NCBI GenBank assembly: GCA_951406725.2
Contig: OX597819.1
Coordinates: 58,156,001 to 58,220,000 of the forward strand
Source of the DNA: Octopus vulgaris
Lineage: Eukaryota
Length of the DNA: 64,000 bases
Direction of reading: 5' to 3'
Shown here: in pieces, positions 1 through 14,680 of the stretch
Layout of the letters: every line of letters starts with the position of its first letter
Numbering within the stretch: position 1 is the stretch's first letter
Made by a program: the position numbers and the translations under genes
Notes under the pieces: generated by a model
What the model was told of the DNA's origin: nothing
The model's input: the letters and a program-made list of their open reading frames with translations, nothing else
The model's database searches: none

Positions 1-1118
1 GTGATGTGAACTAAAATCTAACGGAACTTGAAGTTCACTTGTTTGTTTCTTCAGATATTTTCCCTGTGGTATGGTGCTCTCCACAGTAAATTAAATTAAA
101 TTCGTGACAAGTTAGAGAAAAACTACCAGCTTCAAAGGAATATTACCTGAATGTTAAAACATAAGTGGCTTCAAATAGGATGTGAAACTGCGTCACGATT
201 TTGACTCGTCTGCAGCTTACTTTTGTGTCTGTAGCACTCGCTATCGATTAATTAATAAAATGTAATTTTTATCTAGAACTTCACTTGGATGTTATTAGAA
301 CACAAAATACTGTATTATTTATCTTGAGAGGACCTTTCATATGGACTCGAGGTGCATGTAAACTCTCATATTTGTATCATTGACAGACGAGAACCATCTG
401 CTACGACCGCCGGAACAGCCAGATCATGTGATTTTGTCCCTGTTTTGGGACCCTCAACCAAATATAGTAAACAAGGAAGCAGTAAGCTTCTTAAAAACCG
501 TCCTAAATATCATATCTATTTTTGTTTAAAACCAACTTTCTTTACGTCATTTAATTACTTCTAGATTGTACGTAAATCACCAGTTATTTTTTCTCGTCTT
601 TCTTTAAATCCTATATTACCTAAAACAATCCATTCTTATGTATATCCTTTCTCAGTCGTAATCGTCACCATTCACCTTTTAACTACTAATTCTTCACTTC
701 CCTCTTCTTTATACCAATTAATATAGCGATCTGCCACCATCTGAGAGAAACAATTCAAGGCAACGTGTACTAAAGTGCTTCTCCGACACTACAAGCTAAT
801 GCATCACTAGATAGCTGTATTATGCTCCTTGTGGGAAACTTCAGCTTCCCATGGTACCAACTTACGCCAAGGCGTAGATCGATGAAATTCACTTCACCAA
901 GTTCTCGGTGCGGTGAAAGACCGATGCCCTATCGATTCGATCATTCATCACTTTTCCAGTTCCTGCTATCGAATACCAGACATATGCCAACAGCAATATT
1001 CTGTCATGATATATGTTTTGTGGCCACAGATACATAAACACTATATTGTTTTTATTAAAACAAATTAAGTCGTCAGAATTAATGAAAAGGACAGAAATTC
1101 TGTCTTATTTCTATGTTT

Positions 1119-1119
1119 G

Positions 1120-1150
<31 letters not shown>

Positions 1151-1205
1151 ACTATTATTGTTATTATTATTATTATCATCATCATCATAATCATCATCAT
1201 TATTA

Positions 1206-1293
<88 letters not shown>

Positions 1294-1305
1294 CATCATC
1301 ATTAT
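1119..1305. repeat. Compound (GTT)n/(ATT)n/(ATC)n microsatellite
   Basis: Directly visible trinucleotide runs. Confidence 0.95.
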
Positions 1306-1940
1306 TTTGATCGTACAGTAGTCAATATGAATGTTTACAGAGGAACTGCAGCAGTTGGTATTGTTAATAATCGCTACTGTATCATAGAAGTTTGATCATT
1401 TCCAGTCTCTATCCAATAATAACTATTTTCTCTCATTCCTTTGCAATAACAATTTTTTTTTTTTCCATTTCAGTTACATCTGTTGCTTACATGTTTTAAT
1501 TAGTTTTTCACCCCAGCAAGACTCCACTAAGCAATACCAATAACATGGCAAACAAACTGATTGCTCTCAATATCTATCGATTAGTTAGCTCTATACACAG
1601 TTTTATTAGAAGTTGAAGATTAAAGCGGCGAAAGGGGGCAACTTCTTTGATATTTCGAGGTTAAACAATGAATTTTCTGAATACTTTATTGATTTAAATG
1701 TTTGCTTTGAACATCTTGCTATTTGAACTTCAGTGAAAATCAAAAAAAAATTGTTGCTTTGACAGGAGGAAAATAACAATCAACAGTAGGAAACGTATAT
1801 GAGAAAGAAAAAGAGAAGAAGAAGAGACAAAAATGACTGAGTGGATACTGTGAGCAGAATAGCAGAATACACATAAACACATACATACATGTGTGTATGT
1901 ATGTATGTATGTACACATCATACATGTCTGTGTGTGTATG

Positions 1941-1975
<35 letters not shown>

Positions 1976-1983
1976 CACGTACT

Positions 1984-2048
<65 letters not shown>

Positions 2049-2318
2049 CATATACATATAGAAACGTACGTACGTGCACACATACATACGCACGCACCGG
2101 TACATCACCGACATCCCGGACCTCTTATAATCAACACTAATTTAAACAAATGCGCGGGTACCTGTATTTCATTTAATTATTTGAGTTAATTTAATATATG
2201 CTTAGATTTTAAAAATCTTAACCAAAGTGATCACCCCTCGTTCGGAAAAATAGAAAAATAACTCATCTGGAAAGACTTTGGAACCAGGTATTCCAGAAAA
2301 TTGATATTTTGCACATTA

Positions 2319-2321
<3 letters not shown>

Positions 2322-2405
<84 letters not shown>

Positions 2406-2438
2406 TGTGTGTGTGTGTGTGTCTGTGTGTGTGTGTGT
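2322..2438. repeat. (GT)n microsatellite
   Basis: Directly visible. Confidence 0.95.
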
Positions 2439-3357
2439 AAGTGAATTATTCATTAAACACAAACTTAATTTTGTAGAGGAAGGATATGTCCAGCTTTTTA
2501 TCCAACCTGAATCGATGTTAAATCTTGTTACTTCTTCTATTTGATCTCTGAATCCTAAAGGGAAAAAGAATACTAATATATTGTAAGGCATTTATTCTGA
2601 TGAATTACTTTCTCTGGCAACATTACTGTTCCAATGTAAACACGTTTCTGTATAATTTAGATGATTATCAATGTCAAACTTAAGACAAATGATCAACTCC
2701 CTCACACAAACCAAATCTGAGAAGTCACCAAATAATTGATCACTTTTAATAAGCTACAACTCCAATAGCCAAAACTAATATCTTAAATGCAGAAAACAGC
2801 ACGAACAGTTTCTAAATTGATGATTAGAAACAGACCCATTGATACTCTAGAGAATTTGAAGAATTTGGTAAATTTGTTACGGTTCCTACCTAATTCCATT
2901 TGTGAGAGGTAAAGTTGTCAGGTATTCGGTTAAAGGCAAACTTCGATTGTATTTCTAGACATGACTCCGATATTCATTATCTACACCAACATTTGGATCG
3001 TTCTTAATTAAGTTTACTGAACATCACCTTTATCATTATATTCAAAGGAAGAGAAGAAATATATTCAACTGTATGGTTGGGGAGGGAGGAGACGGATAAG
3101 CGAAGTTTGATGAACGTGAAATTTTGGTGTAATTAAAAACAAGACTGAAAGTTTTCGGAGATAATTACTTGTCAAAAATACACGCATACAGAAGAAAGTT
3201 CTATGGCTCCTGAAATACGGGGCTGTATGCTGCGGAGATGCTGTGCTCTAAAATAGAAAGTAAAGGTGACAAAAAATATTAAAAGATAGTTTAATGATAG
3301 TTGTTATTATTGTTGATGTTTGTTGCACAGTCCCTATCAGCCCTGACTTAGAAAATA

Positions 3358-3648
3358 TCTTTATATATAAAAGTGAAGTTGTGTGAGTGTCTGTCTCCTA
3401 CGATTTAGATTCCTAACTACTCCTACATTTTGCGGTGCAGTTTAACCAAAAGCGGGTATCTTAGTCGTGATTCATATCGAGCCCTTCTGGGTATTAGCGC
3501 GCGTCTACGATGAGCCTATGATTAAAAAAAAAATTTACCATCATTTTTTCCCATTTTTTTTGCTATTATATAAGGGTAGTAACTCTCTAAAAATGCTTAT
3601 ATAGTTATTTCGCTTACAAACCCGAGCAACGCCGGGCGATACTGCTAG
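3358..3648 (+). mobile_element. Non-autonomous Helitron
   Basis: Starts A|TCTTTATATATAAAAG and ends CTAG|T, with a GC hairpin (cccgagcaacgccggg) about 12 nt before the end; A|T insertion with no TSD, which is the canonical Helitron signature. Confidence 0.8.
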
Positions 3649-3887
3649 TATGATATAAACTTGATCGGTCAAATGACAAAACACGATCCAATGACCCTGT
3701 GTCTTATATTCATCATGCTTCTGCAAAATTCAGGATGATACTATGCATCTCATACGCAATTCTATTCCATATGATGTAGTATGGTACGGTATTCTGGACA
3801 CGCTACACTTTCGTTATCCCTATACGTTTGCTGCTGTAGACGCTTAGCTCTTTGTCGGCCCTTATTGAACATGCACATAAACATACA

Positions 3888-4179
3888 CAGGGGTTCCCAA
3901 CCGGGGTCAACAGAAGCTTTAAGGAGGTCCACGAGTGAAAAATTTGTGGGTCCATAAATGAATTTTGTCTACTAGGAGAGGTACCTGTATTTATTGAAAT
4001 TTTCAAGATTTGTATTTGGAATTTATGTTATGAATATAACGAAATTGTTTCAGTCTTAGTTTTTACTAACCTACAAAGAAATATTTTATTTCAATAATTT
4101 ATACGTGCATATATGGGGTCCACAGATGACAAGATAGCTCTCAGAGGGTCCACAAACAAAATAAGGTTAGGAACACCTG
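3888..4179. mobile_element. hAT (Charlie-like) MITE
   Basis: Imperfect 15-bp TIRs caggggttcccaacc / ggttaggaacacctg; internal ggggtccac subterminal motifs; TSD not preserved. Confidence 0.6.
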
Positions 4180-4902
4180 TTATAAGCAAAGACATTCAAG
4201 CCATGAGTGTCCCATCGATTAGCTCTAATGTTGTGCATTTAGATTTATCCAGTGTACCTCCTAGTTTTTCCAGGGAGCCAACGTTCTGGAAAGAGAGGAC
4301 AGATCATAGTGGTCAATGTAAGGCGTGGATGGGTTGATAACAAGATCAGGGGTTAATTGATAGTCTATGGATAAACATGATGCAAAACCAGCCAGCTCCC
4401 ATGAACAGAGGTCTGTGTAGTACAACAGAAAAGGCGGCAGAGAGGAACAACAGGATGTATGTGGGGCAGAGGTTGAGATGTGTTTGTAGGTGATATGGAA
4501 GTTAACAACTGGAGTTGATCCTAACCTAATTTCTATGGCGTTTAAGTTGATAACTCATCAGCTAGTTATCATTGTATTATCCTGGCTTTTACATAATTCA
4601 ATAGAATCACGCGCTGTTCATTACTTGTAATGAAATTAGCTAAAACAGGTAAAAATCAGCGTCAACCGAAGTTAAGTTCACTATCAAAAGAGATGACATA
4701 AAAACATGTAGTTTATTTAGTACACCATTTTGTGGTTGATCTAATAAGGATTCTTTACAATGACAGCACAAGGTTTAAATTGCAGGGGGGATATTGTCGA
4801 TTAAATCAACATACATAAATGACTCATACTTATTTCAACGCCCCCTGGAAAAGGAAGGTAATGTCGAGCACGGTATGAGTTGAATTCAGAACATAAATGT
4901 AT

Positions 4903-5306
4903 CTTTTTATTCGTTTATTCGTTTCAGTCATTTTGACTGCGACTATGCTGGAGCACCGCCTTTAGTCGAGCAAATGGACCCCAGTACTTATTCTTTGTAA
5001 GCCTAGTACTTATTCTATCGATCTCTTATGCCGAACCGCTAAGTTACAGGGACGTAAGCAGACCAGCATCAATGTCAAGCGATGTTGGGGGACATACACA
5101 CAAACATATACACACATATATATAATATATATATATATATATATACGACGGGCTTCTTTCAGTTTCCGTCTACCAAATCCATTCACAAGGCTTTGGTCGA
5201 CCCGAGGTTATAGTAGAAGACACTTGACCAAGGCGCTATGCAGTGGGACTGAACCTGGAAACATGTGGTTGGTTGGCAAACTACTTACCACACAGCCACT
5301 CCTGCG
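4903..5306 (-). mobile_element. tRNA-derived SINE, family A (internal (TA)n)
   Basis: Minus-strand head gcaggagtggctgtgtggtaag...ggttcagtccc (A/B boxes); homologous to 7151, 8777, 21932, 53044, 56170. Confidence 0.9.
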
Positions 5307-5357
5307 AACTAAAATAATACAAAGCAGAATATATGGTTTTTCTGATTGAAATATTGA

Positions 5358-5570
5358 TTTCAAATTCAGGCACAAGGCCAGCAATTTCGGGAGCGGAGGT
5401 AGGTTGATTGCATCCCCCGCCCAGTACTCAACTGGTACTTATTTTATCAACCCCGAAAGGATGAAAAGCAAAGACGACTTTGGTGGAATTTGAACTCAGA
5501 ACATAAAGACAGACGAAATGCCGCAAAACCTTTTGCCCGGTGCGCTAACGATTCTGCCAACTTGCCGCCT
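5358..5570 (-). mobile_element. tRNA-derived SINE, family C
   Basis: Head ggcggcaagttggcagaatcgttagc, B box gagttcaaattcc, central cctttcggggttgataaaataagtaccag; about 10 copies in the window. Confidence 0.85.
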
Positions 5571-5699
5571 TTTAGCCAGTATATTACTGATACTTTATTC
5601 GCTCTCGGAAAATTAAAGGAAAATTAATAGGAGGTCACTCAACAATTCGATGGATGAAGGTTCTACGATACTTGCTACCAGGTGATGATTTGTTCATAG

Positions 5700-5920
5700 T
5701 GATCAAACGTTTCTGCTGTACATTACTTCACTCCTTTCATCAAACCGATGTTGCTTAACAAGTGCACGACCTGCCACACGTCAGATGTCAAAGTGGTCGC
5801 AGAGCAACGTAAACGAAGTGTTTTGCTCAAGAACACACTGCACTACGCGGTCTGAGAATTGAAACCACAATCTTGCGATCGTGAGGGCAACAATCTAACC
5901 ACTAGGTTATGCACCTTCAC
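5700..5920 (-). mobile_element. tRNA/CORE-like SINE, family B2 (degenerate)
   Basis: Minus-strand tRNA-like head followed by gtgttcttgagcaaaacactt; similar to 6064 and 57005. Confidence 0.65.
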
Positions 5921-6063
5921 TGATGTGCTTTGTAACAGAACTTGTCTTAACATTTGACTTCAGGCAACAATGGAGATGGAAATCATAGTAAACAGAAAGC
6001 TGTTTACCGCTGAGAATGTGGTAACATACCATCTAACATGTTAGTACTATGTTACTCGTCCTT

Positions 6064-6404
6064 GTGTGAAGGCGTATGGCTCAGTGGTTAAAGCGTCGAG
6101 CTAACGATCGTGCGGTTGTGAGCTCGAATCCCGGACCGAGCTGCATGTTGTGTTCTTGAGCAAGACACTTTATTTCACGTTGCTCCAAGTTAACTCATCT
6201 GTAGAAATGAGTTGCGATGTCACAGGTGCCAAGCTGTATCTGCCGTTGCCTTTCCCATGGATAGCACTGGTGGCGTGAGGAGGTGAGACCGGTATGCATG
6301 GGCGACTGCTTGTCTTCCATAAACAACCTTGCCCGGACTTGTACCTAGGAGGGTAACTTTCTAGGTGCAATCCCATGGTCTGTGTCGTGACCGGAGGGGG
6401 GTCT
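6064..6404 (+). mobile_element. tRNA/CORE-like SINE, family B2
   Basis: A box tggctcagtgg, B box-like gagctcgaatccc, then CORE-like tgtgttcttgagcaagacacttta. Confidence 0.8.
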
Positions 6405-7150
6405 CAGATCTCAGACTCGTCCTTGTATATAGACATTTATTTTCAATTAGATCTGTGGAATATACCAAAGAGGAAAGGAGCTAAAGCGATATTTTTTATA
6501 GTATTTAGTTTAGTTCTTTACTTGCAGTTTCTCTCTGGTCGTAAACGACGCAAATCGCAAGTTTGCAGCCCGTCGACTCGTGCTATTGAACACTAGCATG
6601 AAAACCGTCGTCATTTCAAAGTTTCCTTTGTTTAAAGTTTATATATGAATACAATCAGAAAATTGTTGTTCGTTCCAGCAGAAAAGTAATCCACTTTAAC
6701 TATAATATTAAATATTTAATCTACTTAACGTGTAGAGTACTCTTTATTTTTGTTTCGCAAAACTGCATACAGATATTATATAATATAATATAATATATAA
6801 TATAACATAATATAATATGTGATATATAATATAATGTAATATAATATAATCGCAAACAGAAGAGAAAAACAGGAAACGCTTTATCATGGATATGACAGGC
6901 TCGTATGAAATAAAAGATCAAAGCTGATCGCAAAACTGCACAAGGTTTGGTGTATAGCTGAAAGCCACATTGTAGGAAAAACAGGATACAGAGTTGGCCA
7001 AAAGAAACCGAACATTCCGTGCTAGCATTAATGCTGGTTGATATCGCTGGAAGAGTAATGCTTTTGGAAAGTGCGGAATGCATTGTGATTTCAAGTCGAC
7101 AGCTTATTACTGGTGCCATGTTATGCAAGATTAGTTTTTCCTGGATCTAT

Positions 7151-7371
7151 CTTTATTCTTTTATTCTTTCATTTGTTTCAGTCATTTGACTGCGGCCATG
7201 CTGGAGCGCCGCCTTTAATGGAGCAAATCGACCCCAGGACTTATTTTTTGTAAGCCTAGTATTTATTCTATCGGTCTCTCTTGCCGAACTGCTAAGTTAC
7301 GGGGACGAAAACACACCAGCATCAATGTCAAGCGATGTTGGGGGGACAAACACAGACACACAAACATATAC

Positions 7372-7413
<42 letters not shown>

Positions 7414-7572
7414 GGATTCTTTCAGTTTCCGTCTACCAAATCCACTCACAAGGCTTTGGTCGGCTCGAGGCTATAGTAGAAGATACTTGCCCAAGGTTCC
7501 ACACAGTGGGACTGAACCTGGAACCATGTGGTTGGTTAGTAAGCTACTTACCATACAGCTACTCCTGCACCT
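7151..7572 (-). mobile_element. SINE family A
   Basis: Near-identical to 53044-53521. Confidence 0.9.
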
Positions 7573-7614
7573 ATCTATTGGAAATACTGTCGAAAATTTT
7601 CCGATATTTTATCA

Positions 7615-7850
7615 ATGCGTGGTCGAGTGGTTAGAATGTTGCACTCACAATCGCAAGATAGTTGTTTCGAATCCTGGGTCGAGAGGTGTGTTGTATTCTT
7701 TCGAAAAACACTTCATTTCACGTTGCTCCATTTCACTCAACTGTAAATCAATAACCCTGCAACGGACTGGTGTTCCTTTCACTGAAAATGCTGTGATCTT
7801 GGTCACCTCTGCGCCATGGAAACCTGGTAGCGGTTTCTAGGACTCCTAAC
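7615..7850 (+). mobile_element. SINE family B2 (degenerate)
   Basis: tggtcgagtggttag...gtttcgaatcc followed by CORE-like sequence. Confidence 0.6.
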
Positions 7851-8613
7851 ACTCAAAACAGTAATATTCACGGGATGATGATAATGGTGATGGTGATGAT
7901 GATGATGGTGTGGAGGAGGAGGAGGATATCCATGCCATACTCTGACCCGTATTTCTCCTTCTGGATTCTTCGGTTATGGTTTCATTCACTGATAATTGAT
8001 ATTTACAATCACACTTATTTTTACAGCTTCTCTCCTATGCCATATTGTTGCAGTTATATGACATGATTATAGACAGATTATAGAGAGGCAGCTTATGAAT
8101 CGGTAGTCTTAAGATTCATTGTTTACTTAGCCTTAAGAATTGAGACGGTTTTCTTTTGTTCTTCGTTAACAGCTCAAATGTTGTCGCCGGCCTCTTTCAA
8201 TATCTCGTTAAATTTCTCTATTAGCAACATTGTATCTCTGTTAAATACTTGAAACAGAAGTTTGGAATACAATTATGTCCAGATGCCTTCTAGTTGTGTG
8301 TCTTTTGCACTATTCCAGTTTCTTCTATATTTATTGCCTCTTACGAGTGTTCAAATTTCTCTCTTTATTGTTCTGAGCAATTTTGTACGAATTTATTCCT
8401 TCGTTACCAATACTTCTCCTCCTCAAAATTCTCCTACTTCTGTTATTGGTGCGACATTGCTCTCTATTATATTTTTGTCAGATTCTTTGTTTTATTTACA
8501 CTGGAGATACTAATGTTATATGTTTCTTTTAATTAGGTCTGAGATAGTTTGTTTTTCTTTTCTTTTTAATTGTTGCAGTTTTATACCTGACAGGTTCTTT
8601 TGTAGGTCTACAG

Positions 8614-8954
8614 CAGTGGCTCTCAAACATTTTTCACCTATGAACTGCTTTTGGTAACTATTTCATTCTGGTGGATCTCTGTAGCCACCCGATCTTTAAA
8701 ACCTAGTTTTATAGATACTTCATTCAAAATTTCTATTTTGTTTTTCTCACATTAACTTGTTTAGTTTGAACTAAGTAGGAGTGGCTGTGTGGTAAGTAAC
8801 TTGGTTCCAGGTAAGTAACTTGGTTCCAGCCACATGGTTACAGGTTCAGTCCCACTGCGTGGCACCTTGGGCAAGTGTCTTCTACTATAACCTCGGGCCG
8901 ACCAAAGCCTTGTGAGTGGATTTGGTAGACGGAAACTGAAAGAAGCCCGTCGTA

Positions 8955-8998
<44 letters not shown>

Positions 8999-9399
8999 CG
9001 TGTGTGTATATATATGTTTGTGTGTCTGTGTTTGTCCCCCCCCAAAATCGCTTGATAACAGATGCTAGTGTGTTTACGTCCCCGCATCTTAGCGGTTCGG
9101 CAAAAGAGACCGATAGAATAAGTACTAGGCTTACAAAGAATAAGTCCTGGGGTCGATTTGCACGACTAAAGGCGGTGCTCCAGCATGGCCGCAGTCAAAT
9201 AACTGAAACAAGTAAAAGAGTAAAAGAGTAAGTAAAACGTTAGAGAAAGAAATCTAGATGTTTCTTGCAATAAATACCCCTAAAGCAAACTTCTGTTTTA
9301 TGCTCTCTTAATATACTATTTACTATTTAGCTGGTATGGACCTCCTAAAATTGTATATGAGTTTCCAGGAGTCATATGGACGACGTTTGAGAACCAATG
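8614..9399. mobile_element. hAT-type MITE interrupted by a SINE
   Basis: TIRs cagtggctctcaaac / gtttgagaaccaatg; degenerate 8-bp TSD gtctacag / atctgcgg. Confidence 0.6.
8777..9229 (+). mobile_element. SINE family A nested in the hAT MITE
   Basis: Full head-body-(TA)n-tail structure ending (aaaagagt)n; internal 20-bp duplication ggtaagtaacttggttccag. Confidence 0.9.
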
Positions 9400-9980
9400 A
9401 TCTGCGGGAAGAGTTTCTACAGTTTGTAATTTTAAAATTATTTCCAAATTTCGACTGTAGTGGTCGTAATTTCCACCTTTAGAATTACCTATCTTAAATC
9501 TTCCTCATTTTCCTATTTATTTATATTTTTGTTTGTATTCTTCTGGTTTGCTTTTTGTTCTATAAGTATTCTGGCTTTAAATTTCGCTTGTTCTTGTTTT
9601 TACTTACTTCGTGTCAATTTTCTCATTTGTGGTTTACGCTCTCAATATTATTATATTTTTATTAGTTGTTTTGCTTTGTTGCTAATATTTTTGGTGATGT
9701 AGTCTTTCTTTAAACGTTTTATTTCATTTCCTGATATACTTTTTTAGTTCTTAGAGAGTTTTATAAAGTAAGCTTGTCAGTTAGAGTCCAGAGATACAAG
9801 TAGATTCTCCTTATTTTCCCTTCAAATTTTAGATGCATATATTACCGTAATTTTGTTCGCGATAAATTTTCACTGTAAAATATTAATGTACAGTAATAAA
9901 ACTCCTCCCATGTTCAGTTATGCCTTTCCGAAGGGTAAAATCGGGACATTTCTTATCATTTTCATCAAACATCAGTCAAC

Positions 9981-10510
9981 TACTGAAGTCCAGTATACTC
10001 ATAATGACTACCTATCTGATAAGGGTGCACTAGGCACATGCATAATGATCCCATATCAAGATAAACAGCGCATGACCTTGCAAGTAGGGCCCAGTTAGAA
10101 TTTTCCTTACGTCGAATAGCCCATCTCGCTCGAAAGGTGCCTGAATAAGGTCTGTTTTGGGATGAAGAACGAAACACCCATTTTCCAGAGGCGAATTATT
10201 CAAACTCCAAAGAATTCTTCTCAACACATGGCTATGATGCTCCCCCACTACTTCTGCTCGTGATCAGAGATGCACATATTGTCAGCCACTAAGGGACATG
10301 CTCAGCTGGTTATGGTCAAATAACTGACAAGCAAATCTGTTGCATTGAACAGAATATTTGCTGTAGCCCACCATTTATACCAAGACAAAACATGTATATG
10401 ATAACTTCCAATCAGTTAAGATGGGAAGCCGAGAACCACTGCCTGGCACTGTATCAGAGCATTGATAACACTTCCAATCAGTTAATATCAGACACCATGA
10501 AAGCCACTAT
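9981..10510. mobile_element. Non-coding interspersed repeat (about 520 bp family; second copy at 43695-44213)
   Basis: Colinear similarity over about 450 bp with 43740-44213. Confidence 0.85.
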
Positions 10511-10514
10511 CTCA

Positions 10515-10722
10515 GCAAGTTAACAGAATTGTAAGCACGCTGGGCAAATGCTTAGCGGCATTTCGTCCTTCTAGACGTTCTGAGTTCAAATTCCGCCAAG
10601 GTCGACTCTGCATTCCATCCTCTCAGGATTGATAAAATACGTACCTGTTGAGAGCTGAGGTCGATGTAATCGACTTAAATCCCTTACTCGAAACTGCTGG
10701 CTTGATGCCAGATTTTGAAAAC
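10515..10722 (+). mobile_element. SINE family C
   Basis: gcacgctgggcaaatgcttagcgg...gagttcaaattccgcc. Confidence 0.8.
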
Positions 10723-10929
10723 ATTATCGTTGTTGCTTTTACTTAGATTGCACAAAATGTTGTGTGCCGGGTTTAAAAGTATTCTAGTATTATTGGTACG
10801 CTGCTTATTTTTATATAATTTACATTTTTTTTCAGTTTCAATCGCTGCTAAGGACGAGCGTTTCGAACGATTACATTGACTACACGCCTGTCTTCAAATA
10901 TGTTTTAGCCAACATCATAAATTTTTTAT

Positions 10930-12770
<1,841 letters not shown>

Positions 12771-12976
12771 CATTATTTTATTATTATCCTCCCTTTCAGT
12801 ATTTAAATGTTACCATTCCATAAAGACCAAAGAACCCCAACCCCAGAGTCTGAAGAACAAAAAAAAATTTTACAAAGGAGGATCTGGCGAGATCGATAGA
12901 ACATAGAAAGGACTTCAAATGTAACCAACAGGATGTAATAAATATGATACTTCACAGGAGAGTGCGAGCTAATATC

Positions 12977-13003
12977 AATAACAACAACAACAACAACGAC
13001 GAC

Positions 13004-13058
<55 letters not shown>

Positions 13059-13073
13059 GCAACAATTATAAAG

Positions 13074-13107
<34 letters not shown>

Positions 13108-13121
13108 CAACAATTATAATG

Positions 13122-13206
<85 letters not shown>

Positions 13207-13232
13207 TAATAATAATAACACTAATAATAATA
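12977..13232. repeat. (AAT)n microsatellite
   Basis: Directly visible. Confidence 0.95.
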
Positions 13233-13279
13233 ATGGTAATCAATCTGTAGGAATATAGAAAAAATCTGTGGAATAGGAC

Positions 13280-13366
<87 letters not shown>

Positions 13367-13449
13367 AGTAGTTGAATGAATTATCTTATTATGGATAATT
13401 CGGTTAACCGATACCTGGGTAGCAAATTCACGTCAGATATATATATATA

Positions 13450-14404
13450 TATATAGGTAAACAGTAAAAATAATTACAGACATGGACAAGAACATGAAAC
13501 GCCACAGAGACGACACAAGAACCACAGGACGGGACATTCGAAGCCCTCAGTCATCAGTCAAGAACCAGATCATCTTAGCAATTTCGGCTGATTAATCTTG
13601 AGATTGCTCCGATATGGGCAGCCCGCCACGGGAAATCTAAGCCAAGTGCATTAGATCCCCTGGAAGAAAGCTTCGAATGTATACAACACGAGGACGGAAA
13701 ACGAACGAAGTACACGAACAAAAATACAGAATACGTGACAACAATAAGAATACAAAAACGTAAAAACAATAACGGTAAAAATAAAGTATAAAAAATAAAC
13801 AACAAAACAAAACCAGGACGTAGGACAAGGGTCTTTAGACAGGACGAATTGAGCATGGGGCTGGCTTGTGAAGTTGTGCCTAATGGCCACAGGGAGACGA
13901 ACAAGTACGTGTTGCTTCAGCGGCTGCTGGAACGAAAAGAGCGCTCAACAGCGGCTGGCGGTCACGTGAGAACAAAAGACAAGAGAAAGGGACAGATGAA
14001 AAGAGAGAGAAGGTGGACGAGGGAGGAGAAGAAAGAGACAGATCGAGGGGGCTGGAGGTGAGAGAGATAGAGAAACGTAGAAGGGGGGGGGGGGGAAACG
14101 GATGGAGAGGGAAAGAAAGGAGGGGGAATAAGGGAGGAGAGAGAGAGAGAAAGAAAGATTAAGAGTCGTATCAATGCTTGAGAAAAAAATATACTTATCG
14201 TATAAGGACAATTGTGGATACGTAGCCGCCGATTATATAGGTAAACAGTAAAAATAATTACAGACATGGACAAGAACATGAAACGCCACAGAGACGACAC
14301 AAGAACCACAGGACGGGACATTCGAAGCCCTCAGTCATCAGTCAAGAACCAGATCATCTTAGCAATTTCGGCTGATTAATCTTGAGATTGCTCCGATATG
14401 GGCA
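13450..14404. mobile_element. Non-coding element with 171-bp direct terminal repeats (784-bp period), inserted in (TA)n; PLE pseudo-LTR-like
   Basis: 13450-13620 identical to 14234-14404; (TA)n on both flanks; no TG..CA ends, PBS or credible ORF. Confidence 0.7.
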
Positions 14405-14446
14405 TATATATATATATATATGTATATGTATATAATATATATACAT

Positions 14447-14533
<87 letters not shown>

Positions 14534-14680
14534 GGTATGTATATATATATACGAATACGTGTATAAATGGTTGGGATTTGTGCTCATCAAAAAAGAACTG
14601 GTGAGGCTCAACATTTCTCGGAACTTTGATGATTCTAGTTGCGTGCTCTTCATGTTTAGGGTTAGCGGGACAACGATTAT

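Noticed and set aside
6064-6140. tRNA-like sequences here and at 19781, 35961, 51760 and elsewhere
   Set aside because: They are SINE heads continuing into shared repeat bodies; no complete acceptor stem
6528-6596. Possible terminal exon FLSGRKRRKSQVCSPSTRAIEH* after ttctttacttgcag
   Set aside because: Good acceptor, but no recognisable protein or supported upstream exon
13535-13560. CTGATGA on the minus strand followed by GAA (hammerhead-like)
   Set aside because: No stem II, and no GAAA/stem III/UH geometry could be built
14656-14670. ttagggttag telomere-like word
   Set aside because: Under two repeat units; expected by chance
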